32,000 nucleotides of DNA from Candidatus Saccharimonadota bacterium (GCF_964030745.1 NZ_OZ034918.1:570001-602000), one strand, 5' to 3'; shown: positions 1 through 9,332, counted from the stretch's first letter. Notes: a model not told the origin generated them from the sequence alone. Program-made: numbers and translations.

Positions 1-122
1 CGCTTGCGGGCTGAGTTCACGATTTTCCCGCTGAAAAAGATATCGATTCAGCTATTTACTATCGGGCCAGACTTTTTATCGAAGGAGATAAGGGGCACAA
101 ATACAAGCGTGTAATGCAGCTC
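1..122 (+). repeat. Family-A long-palindrome repeat, partial copy cut by the window edge
   Basis: nt 1-96 are identical to 25084-25179. They are the reverse complement of ~5278-5372 and ~7940-8036. Confidence 0.9.
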
Positions 123-185
123 CTAGAAAAACTAGAAAAAATGCGTTTTCAATCACAGTGCTGAGTAAAAAATAAGACAAATTCC

Positions 186-640
186 TTAAGTTGACGCCAT
201 TGAGGGTTCACTGATGATACCAATAGCCGTTAATTGTATGCTGGTATGTATAATGGCATTCAGAACACTTAAAATACCTGTAGTGATTCTAACGAATCTA
301 CCATATACACCCATGAGTTCTCCAAGCGTTAAACAATTAGAAAAATAGACCATTTTAGGAACAATAAAGAGCGCTCTAATCATATAGGCAATGGGAGAGA
401 GGCAATAGAAATATTAACAATAATGCCTTTGTTGAATACAGCAGCAGCATCACTCAAGACACTGCCTGCACCTATATCAGTAGCCAAGTAAGTAGCAACT
501 AGGGGAATAACTCCATACATCTTATCGGAAATAGTGTATTCTTTCATAGTTTTAGAGCCTTTGCCTGCAAATAGTCCTATAAAAAAAGTAACTAATAAAA
601 AGATGTATATGATGACATGGTCTAGGTCTGCGTAGTTCAT
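186..640 (-). pseudogene. Sodium:solute symporter (SSS) N-terminal fragment, frameshifted and truncated
   Basis: Two overlapping ORFs (380-640 and 186-383) align in order with the N-terminal part of the SSS proteins at 17842 and 19308. Matches include EYTISDKMYG..VATYLAT versus EYAVGNKQFATATLVATVLAT, and LGELMGVYGRFVRITTG versus IAETIGNVYGKYPRIITA. The frame breaks near 380. Homology stops at 184-201, where an IS-end-like sequence (cttaagttgacgccattg) lies. Confidence 0.75.
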
Positions 641-722
641 TTTGGTAAATTTTTATGTTTATCTAGTGATAGATGCATTGCTTAGTAATTTAGTTTAGTT
701 AAAGTAGAAAAAGATAATCGTT

Positions 723-1349
723 ATGGCTTTTTTATATACCATTAATGGAATTTCTGGTACTCCTAGACAAAAAATAACAAACTATATAATGGAGTATTTT
801 AAAAAAAAGGGGGAAAGAATAGCTTGCATAGCTGACCCGAAGGGATCTAACTACAGCCAGTTAGCTAATAACATAGTCGTACATCATCATATAGCGTTGT
901 CTGCTTTTACAGAAGCGTTGCTTTACCTTACCTGTAGCAAAGAAATATTTGATCAGGTTGACTGGAATCACTACGATATAATAGTTTCTAAAGGTTCCTT
1001 TTTAGAAACATTTGGCTATCAAAATCAGCTAGCTGATTGGGAACTGGAAGAGGCTAGAAAAATATTTTTCCTATTTGCTAAACATATTAGGCATACGTAT
1101 CCTTTCCTTTCTATTATACTTACAGAAGATTATATAGCAGCAAAAAAACGTGCTGGAAAAAAGTTTGAATACAAAGGTGAGCAAGAAAAATACTTAATCG
1201 ATTCGGATCGTTTTCTGCGGATTAAACAACATCCTATTATTCAAGAGATAGGTATCAAATTGGTTAATGTTGAAATAAAAAGCAGAGATCCATGGAAAGT
1301 GTTTCAAGAAAAGATAGAACCTATTTTACATGCTCGGCCTATGTTGTGA
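723..1349 (+). CDS. Thymidylate kinase (Tmk)-like protein with degenerate P-loop
   Basis: 208 aa, ATG start. It is colinear by eye with Tmk: YTINGISGTPRQK versus IVIEGLEGAGKTT, ADPKGSNYSQLANNIV versus REPGGTQLAEKLR, and LSIILTEDYIAAKKRAG versus LTLYLDVTPEVGLKRAR. The GxxGxGK[ST] motif is absent. Confidence 0.55.
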   Translation: MAFLYTINGISGTPRQKITNYIMEYFKKKGERIACIADPKGSNYSQLANNIVVHHHIALSAFTEALLYLTCSKEIFDQVDWNHYDIIVSKGSFLETFGYQNQLADWELEEARKIFFLFAKHIRHTYPFLSIILTEDYIAAKKRAGKKFEYKGEQEKYLIDSDRFLRIKQHPIIQEIGIKLVNVEIKSRDPWKVFQEKIEPILHARPML

Positions 1350-1600
1350 TACTTCAACTTTTTTATTGAACTGGGAAGTGTTCGCAAAATGTCATCAGCT
1401 TAAGGTTAATATTTTATTGATTACCACCTATAATAGTATATTTTTTAGATTTGCTTTTTTATTTATTATTTTAAATTTTGAGTTTTGATTTTGTTATAGC
1501 ATAAAAAAGTATAAAATTCATTTTATCCATCAAAACCACAGCTTGGTTAATAATCACTTTATTTTAACGATATTTGCTGCTAAGATATAAGCTTTTTGCT

Positions 1601-1686
1601 GAGGGATTGATTTTTTGTCCACTTTTTTATCAAGCAAAAAGGGGGATAAAAATACATTATTAACCAGTGATGTGAACAAATACAAG
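1601..1686 (+). repeat. Repeat module C (degenerate copy)
   Basis: gagggattgattttttgtccacttttttatcaag...cattattaaccagtgatgt matches 5829-5910 and the reverse complement of 24571-24650. Confidence 0.8.
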
Positions 1687-1734
1687 TTAAGCACCCTTTG
1701 CAGGCAAAAGGTGCATCAAATAAATGAATAAACC

Positions 1735-2769
1735 ATGGTGTCTTCAGCTACAGCTAATGCGAAACCTTCTTTTTCGCCTATTGATACAGCAGATCTTTCC
1801 CCTTTTTATGCACAGTGGTATGAGATGATGTTGCTTCTGCGTAAATTCGAAGATAAGGCTGCCCAGCTTTATGGGCAGCAAAAGATTCGAGGGTTTTGTC
1901 ACCTTTATACAGGGCAAGAGGCTTGTATCGCTGGCGTTGTTACAGCCTTGCGCCAAGGGGATAAATACATTACAGCTTATCGTGACCATGCCCATCCAAT
2001 TGCATTGGGGAGTAGCCCGAATCATGTCATGGCAGAGTTGTATGGTAAAGCTACTGGTGTTTCTAAGGGATATGGAGGGTCTATGCATATGTTCGATAAA
2101 CACTGTCATTTTTTAGGTGGCCATGGCATTGTTGGTGGCCATGTGCCTTTAGGGGTGGGTATTGCCTTTGCTGAGCAATATAAAAAAACAGACAATCTTT
2201 GTATTACCTTTATGGGCGATGGTGCGTTGCGTCAGGGTGCGGTCCATGAAGCCTTCAATTTGGCCATGCTGTATAAACTACCCATTATTTTTGTTATTGA
2301 AAATAATGGGTATGCTATGGGTACTTCAGTAGAACGGAGTTCTAATGTCACGGAGCTCTATCGACTGGGCAGCAGTTATGCTATGGATGCAGAACGCTTA
2401 GATGGATTATGTGTAGAAGCAGTACACCGTGCTGTACAGCGAGCAGCCGTAAAAGCTAGAAGTGGTGTGCCCACTTTGTTGGAACTGGTAACCTATCGTT
2501 ATAGAGGCCATTCCATGTCTGATCCTGCTGCCTATCGTACAAAGGAAGAGGTAGAAACCTATAAAGGGCAAGATCCCATCCTTAAGCTTAAAGCATTGAT
2601 GCTAGAAAAGCAAGTTGCGGATGAAGCAGCCCTGGAAGCCATTGACAAAAAAGTAAAGGATCAAATTGCGCAAGCAGTTGCTTTTGCAGAGGCTTCTGCC
2701 TTTCCAGATCCAGCAACTGTTTATGATTATGTGTACAAACAGATTGATTATCCATTTCTTCAATATTAA
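1735..2769 (+). CDS. pdhA: Pyruvate dehydrogenase (acetyl-transferring) E1 component, alpha subunit
   Basis: 344 aa. Typical E1-alpha/TPP-binding signatures: FCHLYTGQEA, GGHGIVGGHVPLGVG, FMGDGALRQGAVHEAFNLA, ENNGYAMGTS, YRYRGHSMSDP. Confidence 0.9.
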   Translation: MVSSATANAKPSFSPIDTADLSPFYAQWYEMMLLLRKFEDKAAQLYGQQKIRGFCHLYTGQEACIAGVVTALRQGDKYITAYRDHAHPIALGSSPNHVMAELYGKATGVSKGYGGSMHMFDKHCHFLGGHGIVGGHVPLGVGIAFAEQYKKTDNLCITFMGDGALRQGAVHEAFNLAMLYKLPIIFVIENNGYAMGTSVERSSNVTELYRLGSSYAMDAERLDGLCVEAVHRAVQRAAVKARSGVPTLLELVTYRYRGHSMSDPAAYRTKEEVETYKGQDPILKLKALMLEKQVADEAALEAIDKKVKDQIAQAVAFAEASAFPDPATVYDYVYKQIDYPFLQY

Positions 2770-2774
2770 ATCTT

Positions 2775-3461
2775 ATGAAAATAATAGACATTAATAGTAT
2801 CCCTAGAAATATTTCAGAAGACAAGCCGGACCAAGAAATCGTAGCTGTGCTCAAGCGAAATAGACGAAAATGGTATATCGTTGGCTTTACTGCTGTTTTG
2901 CTTGCAGCAGCTGCTTGCTTTTGGTTTTTTTATGTAAGGGAAACAAGAAATTTAAAAGCGCAGGATGATGTGTTTCAAGCGATTTATGCTTTTGAAGCAG
3001 GTGATTTTGATAAAGCGTTAAAAGGGGATGGGCCACACAAAGGCTTTTTGGAAGTCATTAAACAATATCCTTATACTGCAACAGCCAATTTAGCCTGTTT
3101 TTATGCAGGAGTTGCCTATATGCACCAAAAGGAATATGATCAAGCAATCTCTTTTTTAAGTAGATTTAAGGCTAGTGATTTTATCTTACAAGCCCGTGCT
3201 TGGTGTGTAATGGGTGATGCCTATAGTGAACAAAAAAACCATAAGCAAGCGGCTGTTTATTACATGAAGGCTGCTCACTATAAGGAAAATAATGTATATA
3301 CCCCTGGCTACTTGGTTAAAGCAGCCATTGCTTTTGAAGCAGATAAACAATATAAAAATGCCTATAATTGCTATCAAGAGATTGTAGAAAAATATCCAAC
3401 TTCACAATATGGTAGTGGGTTGGCCATTAAGGAAGCCAGTCGCCTCTCTGCTCTTTTATAG
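2775..3461 (+). CDS. Membrane-anchored tetratricopeptide-repeat protein
   Basis: 228 aa. It has an N-terminal TM helix (WYIVGFTAVLLAAAACFWFFYV) followed by TPR-like repeats (ACFYAGVAYMHQKEYDQAISFL, MGDAYSEQKNHKQAAVYY, AFEADKQYKNAYNCYQEIVEKYP). It starts 5 nt after pdhA. Confidence 0.7.
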   Translation: MKIIDINSIPRNISEDKPDQEIVAVLKRNRRKWYIVGFTAVLLAAAACFWFFYVRETRNLKAQDDVFQAIYAFEAGDFDKALKGDGPHKGFLEVIKQYPYTATANLACFYAGVAYMHQKEYDQAISFLSRFKASDFILQARAWCVMGDAYSEQKNHKQAAVYYMKAAHYKENNVYTPGYLVKAAIAFEADKQYKNAYNCYQEIVEKYPTSQYGSGLAIKEASRLSALL

Positions 3462-3484
3462 TTAGACTAGATTTTATTGCACTT

Positions 3485-5194
3485 ATGCACAAACGGTGGG
3501 TGATTCAATCTGTTAAAGCGTCTGATCGGGTAGCAGGATTAGAAAATGTGCTAGGCACCCCCTCTGCGATTTCAGCTATTTTAGTGCATAGAGAGATAGA
3601 AACTTTTGAAGCAGCCAAACATTTCTTTCGCCCCTCTTTAGCGCAGTTGCATGATCCCTTTTTAATGCAAGGCATGGAGCAAGCAGTAGCCCGTTTGCAG
3701 CAAGCGTTAAGCAGAAAAGAAAAAATATTAATTTATGGTGATTATGATGTAGATGGTACTACAGCTGTAGCGATGGTCTATAGTTTTCTGCAATCCTTAC
3801 CTGGTGCAACGGTAAGTTATTATGTACCAGACCGCATGACAGAGGGTTATGGCGTTTCCATGCAAGCCATAGAAAAAGCATACCAGGATGGTATTCAACT
3901 GATCATTACCTTAGACTGTGGTATAAAGGCTTATACCTCCATTTCGCGGGCCGTTGAACAGGGTATAGATGTAATTGTTTGTGACCACCATGAAGTAGGA
4001 GACAGCTTACCACCAGCTTATGCTATTTTAGATCCAAAACAGTCAGGTTGCGCTTATCCCTTTAAAGAGCTATCAGGCTGTGGTATAGGGTTTAAACTAT
4101 TACAAGCTTTTTGTAAGCAATCTGGATTAAAGCCTGACATCCTTTATAAATATTTAGACCTTGTAGCGGTGAGCACCGCTTGTGATATTGTTCCATTGGT
4201 AGGTGAAAATAGGATTTTGGCTTATTTTGGCATTAAACAATTAGAGACCAATCCCTCTCCAGGGTTGCAAGCATTAAAGGAACTGGCATTCTTTGCCACC
4301 ACAATTACCATTTCTGACATTGTTTTTAAAATAGGTCCACGGATTAACGCTGCTGGACGCATGAGCCATGCCTCTTTGGCTGTGCAGTTACTTGTAGAGC
4401 AAGATGCAGTAAAAGCCTATCATTTAGCCCAGTCTATTGATCAGCAAAACCTCCTGCGCCAATCGCTTGATCATACCATTACACAAGAGGCCTTGGTTAT
4501 GATAGAAAATGCCCCCCCTCAAAGCAAAAGCAATGTGCTTTTTAATCCAGACTGGCATAAAGGTATTGTTGGTATTGTAGCATCCCGTTGCATTGAGCAG
4601 TGTTACAGACCTACTGTGATTTTAACGCTTTCTGATGGACAGGCTACTGGTTCTGCTCGTTCGATACCTGGCTATAATATTTATGAGGCGATTTCTGCTT
4701 GTAGCCCGCTTTTACATCAATATGGTGGCCATGCGTTTGCTGCAGGCCTTACTATGCCACTAGCGCATATGGCTAAATTCCAGCAAAAATTTGAGGAAGT
4801 AGTATCCGAAACCATAACGGATGAGCTGTTGATGCCGCAGCAAATCATTCATGCCCTGATTCCATTTCAGGCCATTACGCAAAAATTTGTAAACATTTTG
4901 ATGCAAATGGCCCCCTTTGGTCCAGGAAATGCCACGCCAGTATTTGCCAGTGAAAAAGTTTATGCCCGTACCTTTCATGTGATGAAAGGCAAGCATCTTA
5001 AAATGGAATTATATCAGGTAGATTGTGCACAATCTTATGAAGCGATAGGGTTTGGGTTAGGAAGCTATTTTCCGCTCGTTTCCAATAAAAAACCATTTTC
5101 AATAGCCTATACTATAGGATACAATTATTACTTAGGTAATAAATCCCTACAACTTATCATAAAGGATATTAAACAAGCAGCATATGTTGCCTGA
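3485..5194 (+). CDS. recJ: Single-stranded-DNA-specific exonuclease RecJ
   Basis: 569 aa. DHH-family motifs are present: IYGDYDVDGTT, TLDCG, VCDHH, GPRINAAGRM, and the DHHA1-like GGHAFAAG. Confidence 0.92.
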   Translation: MHKRWVIQSVKASDRVAGLENVLGTPSAISAILVHREIETFEAAKHFFRPSLAQLHDPFLMQGMEQAVARLQQALSRKEKILIYGDYDVDGTTAVAMVYSFLQSLPGATVSYYVPDRMTEGYGVSMQAIEKAYQDGIQLIITLDCGIKAYTSISRAVEQGIDVIVCDHHEVGDSLPPAYAILDPKQSGCAYPFKELSGCGIGFKLLQAFCKQSGLKPDILYKYLDLVAVSTACDIVPLVGENRILAYFGIKQLETNPSPGLQALKELAFFATTITISDIVFKIGPRINAAGRMSHASLAVQLLVEQDAVKAYHLAQSIDQQNLLRQSLDHTITQEALVMIENAPPQSKSNVLFNPDWHKGIVGIVASRCIEQCYRPTVILTLSDGQATGSARSIPGYNIYEAISACSPLLHQYGGHAFAAGLTMPLAHMAKFQQKFEEVVSETITDELLMPQQIIHALIPFQAITQKFVNILMQMAPFGPGNATPVFASEKVYARTFHVMKGKHLKMELYQVDCAQSYEAIGFGLGSYFPLVSNKKPFSIAYTIGYNYYLGNKSLQLIIKDIKQAAYVA

Positions 5195-5249
5195 ATGGAT
5201 AGATGAGCCTATACTAGGCACCATTCTGGCAACATTGCCTACAAATTTA

Positions 5250-5436
5250 GTAGTATCCATTCACGCCTCTGGCTGGCCGCCTTATCTCCTTCGATAAAAA
5301 GTCTGGCCCGATAGTAAATAGCTGAATCGATATATTTTTCAGCGGGAAAATCGTGAACTCAGCCCGCAAGCGGGCTTCAAACAGACGATTTTCTAATCCG
5401 CTGAAAAAGATATCACTCAGGTGTTAGTGTTTTACT
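5250..5436 (-). repeat. Family-A long-palindrome repeat (copy A2), interrupted at its end by MITE-B
   Basis: Reverse complement of 25020-25208. It resumes at 5580-5612 (actagagcgccattttttttatcgaaggagacg) after the 143-bp insertion. Confidence 0.9.
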
Positions 5437-5579
5437 AGACCTCTTGCAAAACCTATTTCTAATGGCAATTTTGGTGTCGAAGCTTGTCTATGCTCCTCAA
5501 ATACATTAAGTATTCTGCGGTGCTCGACTACACTTCTCCTAAAAATTGCTCATCACAAAGTAGGTTTTGCAAGAGGTCT
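5437..5579. mobile_element. MITE-B, 143 bp, nested in family-A copy
   Basis: Terminal inverted repeats are agacctcttgcaaaacctat and gtaggttttgcaagaggtct. The element is flanked by ACT (5434-5436) and ACT (5580-5582). The uninterrupted target gttttactagagcgcc is seen at 8093-8108. Confidence 0.85.
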
Positions 5580-5802
5580 ACTAGAGCGCCATTTTTTTTA
5601 TCGAAGGAGACGCGGGGGCTGGTAATGGACTAGCCACTTGCTTTTTCAGCCAAACGTAGCGTATGCGTTTAACGCTATGTCCATAGTAGAAAAATGCCCC
5701 TGTAAAAAGTGGGGAAATAGGCCTCATCCCTTGCAGATGATTAGGAAAAACAGATTCCTTTGAAGCCCGCGCAGCGGGCGACTTCTGTTTTTCCATCTGT
5801 AA
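5580..5802. repeat. Mosaic of short repeat modules (family-A end fragment plus shared modules)
   Basis: ctagagcgccattttt..atcgaaggagacg..ggctggtaatgg..ttgctttttcag recurs at 24460-24535. It also contains a GC hairpin, gcccgcgcagcgggc, at ~5766-5780. Confidence 0.7.
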
Positions 5803-5910
5803 GGGGTGAGGTCCCCAACTTTTTACCGAGGGCTTGATTTTTTGTCCACTTTTTTATCAAGAAAAAAGTGGAATACAATTCATTATTAACCAGTGACGTA
5901 AATAGATACA
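5803..5910 (+). repeat. Repeat module C
   Basis: Matches the reverse complement of 24571-24675 and 1601-1686. It contains a perfect 10-bp stem, ccactttttt (5846-5855) / aaaaaagtgg (5862-5871). Confidence 0.85.
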
Positions 5911-6026
5911 TTTAGTATGCTAAAGATACTAAATGGTACTCTTAATAGTACTAAAATTATTGCTTTGTTTTTGTCCTATCACCTCAGTAATATGGCTAAA
6001 GCACGTACGCAAAATTAGAGCCACTA

Positions 6027-6380
6027 CTACCATCTCTGCCAAAAGTTCGGATATGGATGAGGGAGACTACTCAAACCTCGGGATAAGCTTTCCTGAGTGT
6101 TCGTACTATTGGCCATTCCAGAATATAGACCATATAGATACTGCCCCATTTCTGCCATAGTAAAACTATGGAGCATAGTGAAACATATGGAACATAAAGT
6201 ACCCATCATTATTTTCTTATTGCCGATCTCGAATCTTGGCATGCTATGGAGACTCCAACCTTGCTGGCTCTCCTGACTCCCTCCACCTAATGCTTCCCTT
6301 GTGTTCACACAAGCAGATAAGGTACTTAAGCAGAATAGCCCGATAAATAGACCTACTCTATAGTGTGTATACTTTTTCAT
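6027..6380 (-). CDS. Hypothetical small lipoprotein (possibly a remnant)
   Basis: 117 aa, ATG start. It has a signal peptide with a lipobox (GLFCLSTLSAC). There are no recognisable domains, and it sits between the repeat island and the IS left end. Confidence 0.3.
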   Translation of the reverse strand: MKKYTHYRVGLFIGLFCLSTLSACVNTREALGGGSQESQQGWSLHSMPRFEIGNKKIMMGTLCSICFTMLHSFTMAEMGQYLYGLYSGMANSTNTQESLSRGLSSLPHPYPNFWQRW

Positions 6381-6398
6381 AATATTATTTATTTAATC

Positions 6399-7713
6399 AA
6401 GTTGAGGCCGTTGCAATAGACCTTTACGATTTGCCATAAAAAGTATCTTTTTATTTTTTAGAAGAAGGTAAAAAAAGGTTAAATTCTATTGATTTTTTTA
6501 GGTATTGATGCTTAAAACTTTTAATAATATTGTGTATGTCGCTCAAGCAAACTAAGCAATTAAGTTTTTCAGATATTTCCGCCAATAAGCGTAAGTGCAA
6601 ACACACTTTCTTTGATCAAATCAACAAGCTAGTTAATTGGTCAGTAGTAGAAAAAGCACTCCGATTACATTATCCTAAAGGTTTACGTTTATCAGGCAAA
6701 CCGGCCTATAGTCCTCTGCTTCTATTCAAAATGCTATTGCTACAGACGTGGTATGGCTTGAGCGACTATGCAGTCGAAGAAGAAGTGAATGATCGTATCA
6801 CTTTTAGCAGATTTTGTGGTATTTCGATGGATAGTTCTGTTCCAGATCATAGTGTACTAAGTAGATTTAGAACTACCCTTACAGAGAAGAATGCTTTAGA
6901 AAAGTTATTGCATATCATTAATAATCAGCTATCTGATCATGGTGTATTGGTTCAAAACGGTTCAGCAGCTGTAGATGCTTCTATTACCCCTACCCCTAGA
7001 CGCCCTAAAGGTAAAAAAAGCTACGATCTGCATGAAGATGGAACCATAACCACAGCTGAAAGTTATCAAAAAGGAGTAGATCCAGAAGCAAGTTGGATAA
7101 AAAAAGGCCATCATCTCTACTATGGCTATAAGCGGCATGTTCTTGTGGAAAGCAAAGAGGGGTTGGTGCTAGCCGTAGGTACCACAAAAGCATCTAGTCA
7201 TGATAGTGGGCATTTACAGGTATTATTGGATAAAGTAAGGCTAAAATCAGGCAGCAGACTCTATGCAGATAAAGGCTATAGCGGGTCGCCCAACGAAAAT
7301 TTACTAAAGAAAAAGAAGTTAAAATCAGCTATTCAGAAAAAAGGGGCTAGAAACAATCCTTTATCACCCACTGCTAAACGGTTTAATAAATTAGTATCTA
7401 AAACGCGCTATAAAGTAGAACGGGTATTTGGAAGTATTAAAAGTTGGTTCCGTAGCTCAGGAGCCAGATATATAGGCCTTGCTAAAACCCATACGCAACA
7501 TGTTATGGAGGCAATAGCCTATAACTTATATAGGTCCCCAAACATCATATTAAGAGGTATCTAGGGGAATGGTGTGTCCAAAATAGATTGAAAATGACTA
7601 AAAAATCAGTAAATAAATAGTTTTATACCACTATAACATCAAATATGGCAAGGAAATAACCCTGGAAGATTAATCAAAATTATACCTTCAACCTATCACA
7701 ACGGCCTCAAGTT
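6399..7713 (+). mobile_element. IS5-family insertion sequence, apparently intact
   Basis: The left inverted repeat aagttgaggccgttgcaatag (6399-6419) matches the reverse complement of 7693-7713 (aacttgaggccgttgtgatag) at 18 of 21 positions. These repeats enclose a single DDE transposase ORF. Confidence 0.85.
6536..7564 (+). CDS. IS5-family DDE transposase
   Basis: The N-terminal region (LSFSD..FFDQINKLVNW..PAYSPLLLFKMLLLQTWYGLSDYAVEEEVNDRITFSRFCG..PDHSVLSRFR) is typical of IS5-type transposases. DDE candidates are AVDASI, LYADKGYSG and YKVERVFGSIKSWF. The first ATG is at 6536; the ORF track starts at a TTG at 6530. Confidence 0.9.
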   Translation: MSLKQTKQLSFSDISANKRKCKHTFFDQINKLVNWSVVEKALRLHYPKGLRLSGKPAYSPLLLFKMLLLQTWYGLSDYAVEEEVNDRITFSRFCGISMDSSVPDHSVLSRFRTTLTEKNALEKLLHIINNQLSDHGVLVQNGSAAVDASITPTPRRPKGKKSYDLHEDGTITTAESYQKGVDPEASWIKKGHHLYYGYKRHVLVESKEGLVLAVGTTKASSHDSGHLQVLLDKVRLKSGSRLYADKGYSGSPNENLLKKKKLKSAIQKKGARNNPLSPTAKRFNKLVSKTRYKVERVFGSIKSWFRSSGARYIGLAKTHTQHVMEAIAYNLYRSPNIILRGI

Positions 7714-7904
7714 ATACTAACAACCACTCAGCAAAATCATCGCAGCATATTCAATAATCTATTGATATTCCGCTATTTGCTTGATCTTAACAAGGCAAAA
7801 ATCTTAATGAGGCGTAATGTAACCCATTATTCCTCTTGAAAATTTGCATCATTAAACATAATTGATAATACAAAAAAACAAATAGTTCTGCAATAGAAAG
7901 GTAG

Positions 7905-8117
7905 GATCTATTCACCGTATCTATTCACGCCTGTGGCTGGGCCCTCTTATCTCCTTCGATAAAAAGTCTGGCCCGATAGTAAATAGCTGAATCAATTGTT
8001 TTTAAGGGGAAAATCGTGAACTCAGCCCGCTACGCGTGCTTCAAATAGAAGATTTTCTAATCTGCTAAAACACATATCGCTCAGGTGTTCGTGTTTTACT
8101 AGAGCGCCATTTTTTAA
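7905..8117 (-). repeat. Family-A long-palindrome repeat (copy A3)
   Basis: Colinear with 5250-5436 plus 5580-5596 and with the reverse complement of 25005-25208. The central hairpin is diverged (gcccgctacgcgtgc). The outer atcgaaggag end is missing. Confidence 0.88.
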
Positions 8118-8196
8118 AGCATATGTATACTTTTTTTCATAGCATTTAATGCTTGAAAAATTCTCCTGTAATATTGTATTATTATGGGATCAAGTG

Positions 8197-9168
8197 CTAT
8201 TTATTGGGAAGTATTTCATCTGTTGCTACACTCGTACGCATTTGGGTATCTGCTTTTATATTTTGCATGCGGTAATAATCCATTACACCCAACTGGCCAT
8301 TTCTTAACGCCAATGCTAAAGCCTGGGGTACCTCTGCTTCAGCTAAAATAACCTTAGCCCTTGCTTCCTCAGATTTAGCCTTCATTTCTTGCTCTAAGGC
8401 TACTGCCATAGCTCGTTTTTCCTCGGCTTTAGCCTCGGCTACACGCAAATCAGCATTGGCTTGATCAATTTGGAGTTTGGCGCCAATATTGTCGCCCACA
8501 TCTACATCTGCAATGTCAATAGAAAGTATTTGAAAAGCAGTGCCTGCATCCAAACCCCTATTCAATACCAACTGTGAAATGGTATCAGGATTGGCCAATA
8601 CTTCTTTGTGACTCATAGAAGAACCAATAGAAGTAACAATCCCTTCTCCTACACGTGCTAAAATGGTTTCTTCTCCCGCACCACCTACCAATTGTTGAAT
8701 ATTGGCTCTAACCGTAACCCTGGCTTGGGCAATAAGCTGAATCCCATCCATAGCCACAGCTGCTACAGAGGGGGTATTGATCACTTTTGGATTTACAGAA
8801 ATTTGCACAGCTTCAAATACATCCCGACCTGCTAGGTCAATAGCCGTAGCTTGCTTAAAAGAAAGGCTAATATTGGCTTTATCTGCAGAAATAAGTGCTT
8901 TAATAACAGATGGCACATGGCCACCAGCCAAATAATGGGTTTCTACCTCCATAAGGGTCAGCTCAAGGCCCGCTTTAGTGGCTACTATAAGCCCATCTAC
9001 AATAACAGCAGGAGGCACCTTTCGAATGCGCATAAAAACCAACTCAAATAGGCCAACTTGTACACCAGAAAAACGGGCTGTAATCCAAAGGCCAAGTGGG
9101 AAAAAATAAAAAAATACCAGACAGACAACGATAAGAAAAAGATATAAATAGAGCTGCGCAATGACCAT
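8197..9168 (-). CDS. floA: Flotillin-like protein FloA (SPFH domain, UPF0365 family)
   Basis: Near-colinear by eye with Bacillus FloA/YqfA: [89 protein letters not shown]. The ATG at 9168 gives a short tail before the TM helix. The ORF track extends to a GTG at 9252. Confidence 0.9.
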   Translation of the reverse strand: MVIAQLYLYLFLIVVCLVFFYFFPLGLWITARFSGVQVGLFELVFMRIRKVPPAVIVDGLIVATKAGLELTLMEVETHYLAGGHVPSVIKALISADKANISLSFKQATAIDLAGRDVFEAVQISVNPKVINTPSVAAVAMDGIQLIAQARVTVRANIQQLVGGAGEETILARVGEGIVTSIGSSMSHKEVLANPDTISQLVLNRGLDAGTAFQILSIDIADVDVGDNIGAKLQIDQANADLRVAEAKAEEKRAMAVALEQEMKAKSEEARAKVILAEAEVPQALALALRNGQLGVMDYYRMQNIKADTQMRTSVATDEILPNK

Positions 9169-9332
9169 GATGATATATAATAAGGGTTTCAACCAAATAG
9201 CTCCCGCTCTATACCAAACTTTAAGTCTGCGTCTATAATCAAGAAGGAGCACATGGATGCTTTAAATCTAATGGTTTGTCATGAACCATCAAAATGTTTA
9301 ACCATGAATTATGTGGCAAAGAGATCTCCCTG

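Noticed and set aside
1744-2854. Antisense or alternative-frame ORFs inside pdhA (1744-2109, 1871-2116, 2588-2854), and similar shadow ORFs inside the TPR protein gene (3186-3377), recJ (4760-4996), the transposase gene, floA, the first AAA-ATPase-like gene (10064-10324), nrdA, the bactofilin gene, fabV and the Omp85 gene
   Set aside because: Each lies within a longer ORF that has clear family motifs. They are short and lack motifs, so they are treated as shadow ORFs.
5250-5910. Dense short repeats that might be taken for a CRISPR array
   Set aside because: The repeats are long (100-200 bp), palindromic, of several different families and in both orientations. They lack regularly spaced unique spacers. 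No cas genes are in the window.
5581-6160. ORFs 5581-5796 (-) and 5933-6160 (+)
   Set aside because: The first lies entirely within mosaic repeat modules that recur non-coding elsewhere. The second overlaps the lipoprotein candidate on the opposite strand and has no recognisable features. Both are likely spurious.
9169-9252. N-terminal 28-aa extension of floA from a GTG start
   Set aside because: The extension is basic, has no counterpart in FloA homologs as I recall them, and uses GTG. The ATG at 9168 gives the canonical short tail followed by the TM helix. The longer form cannot be excluded.
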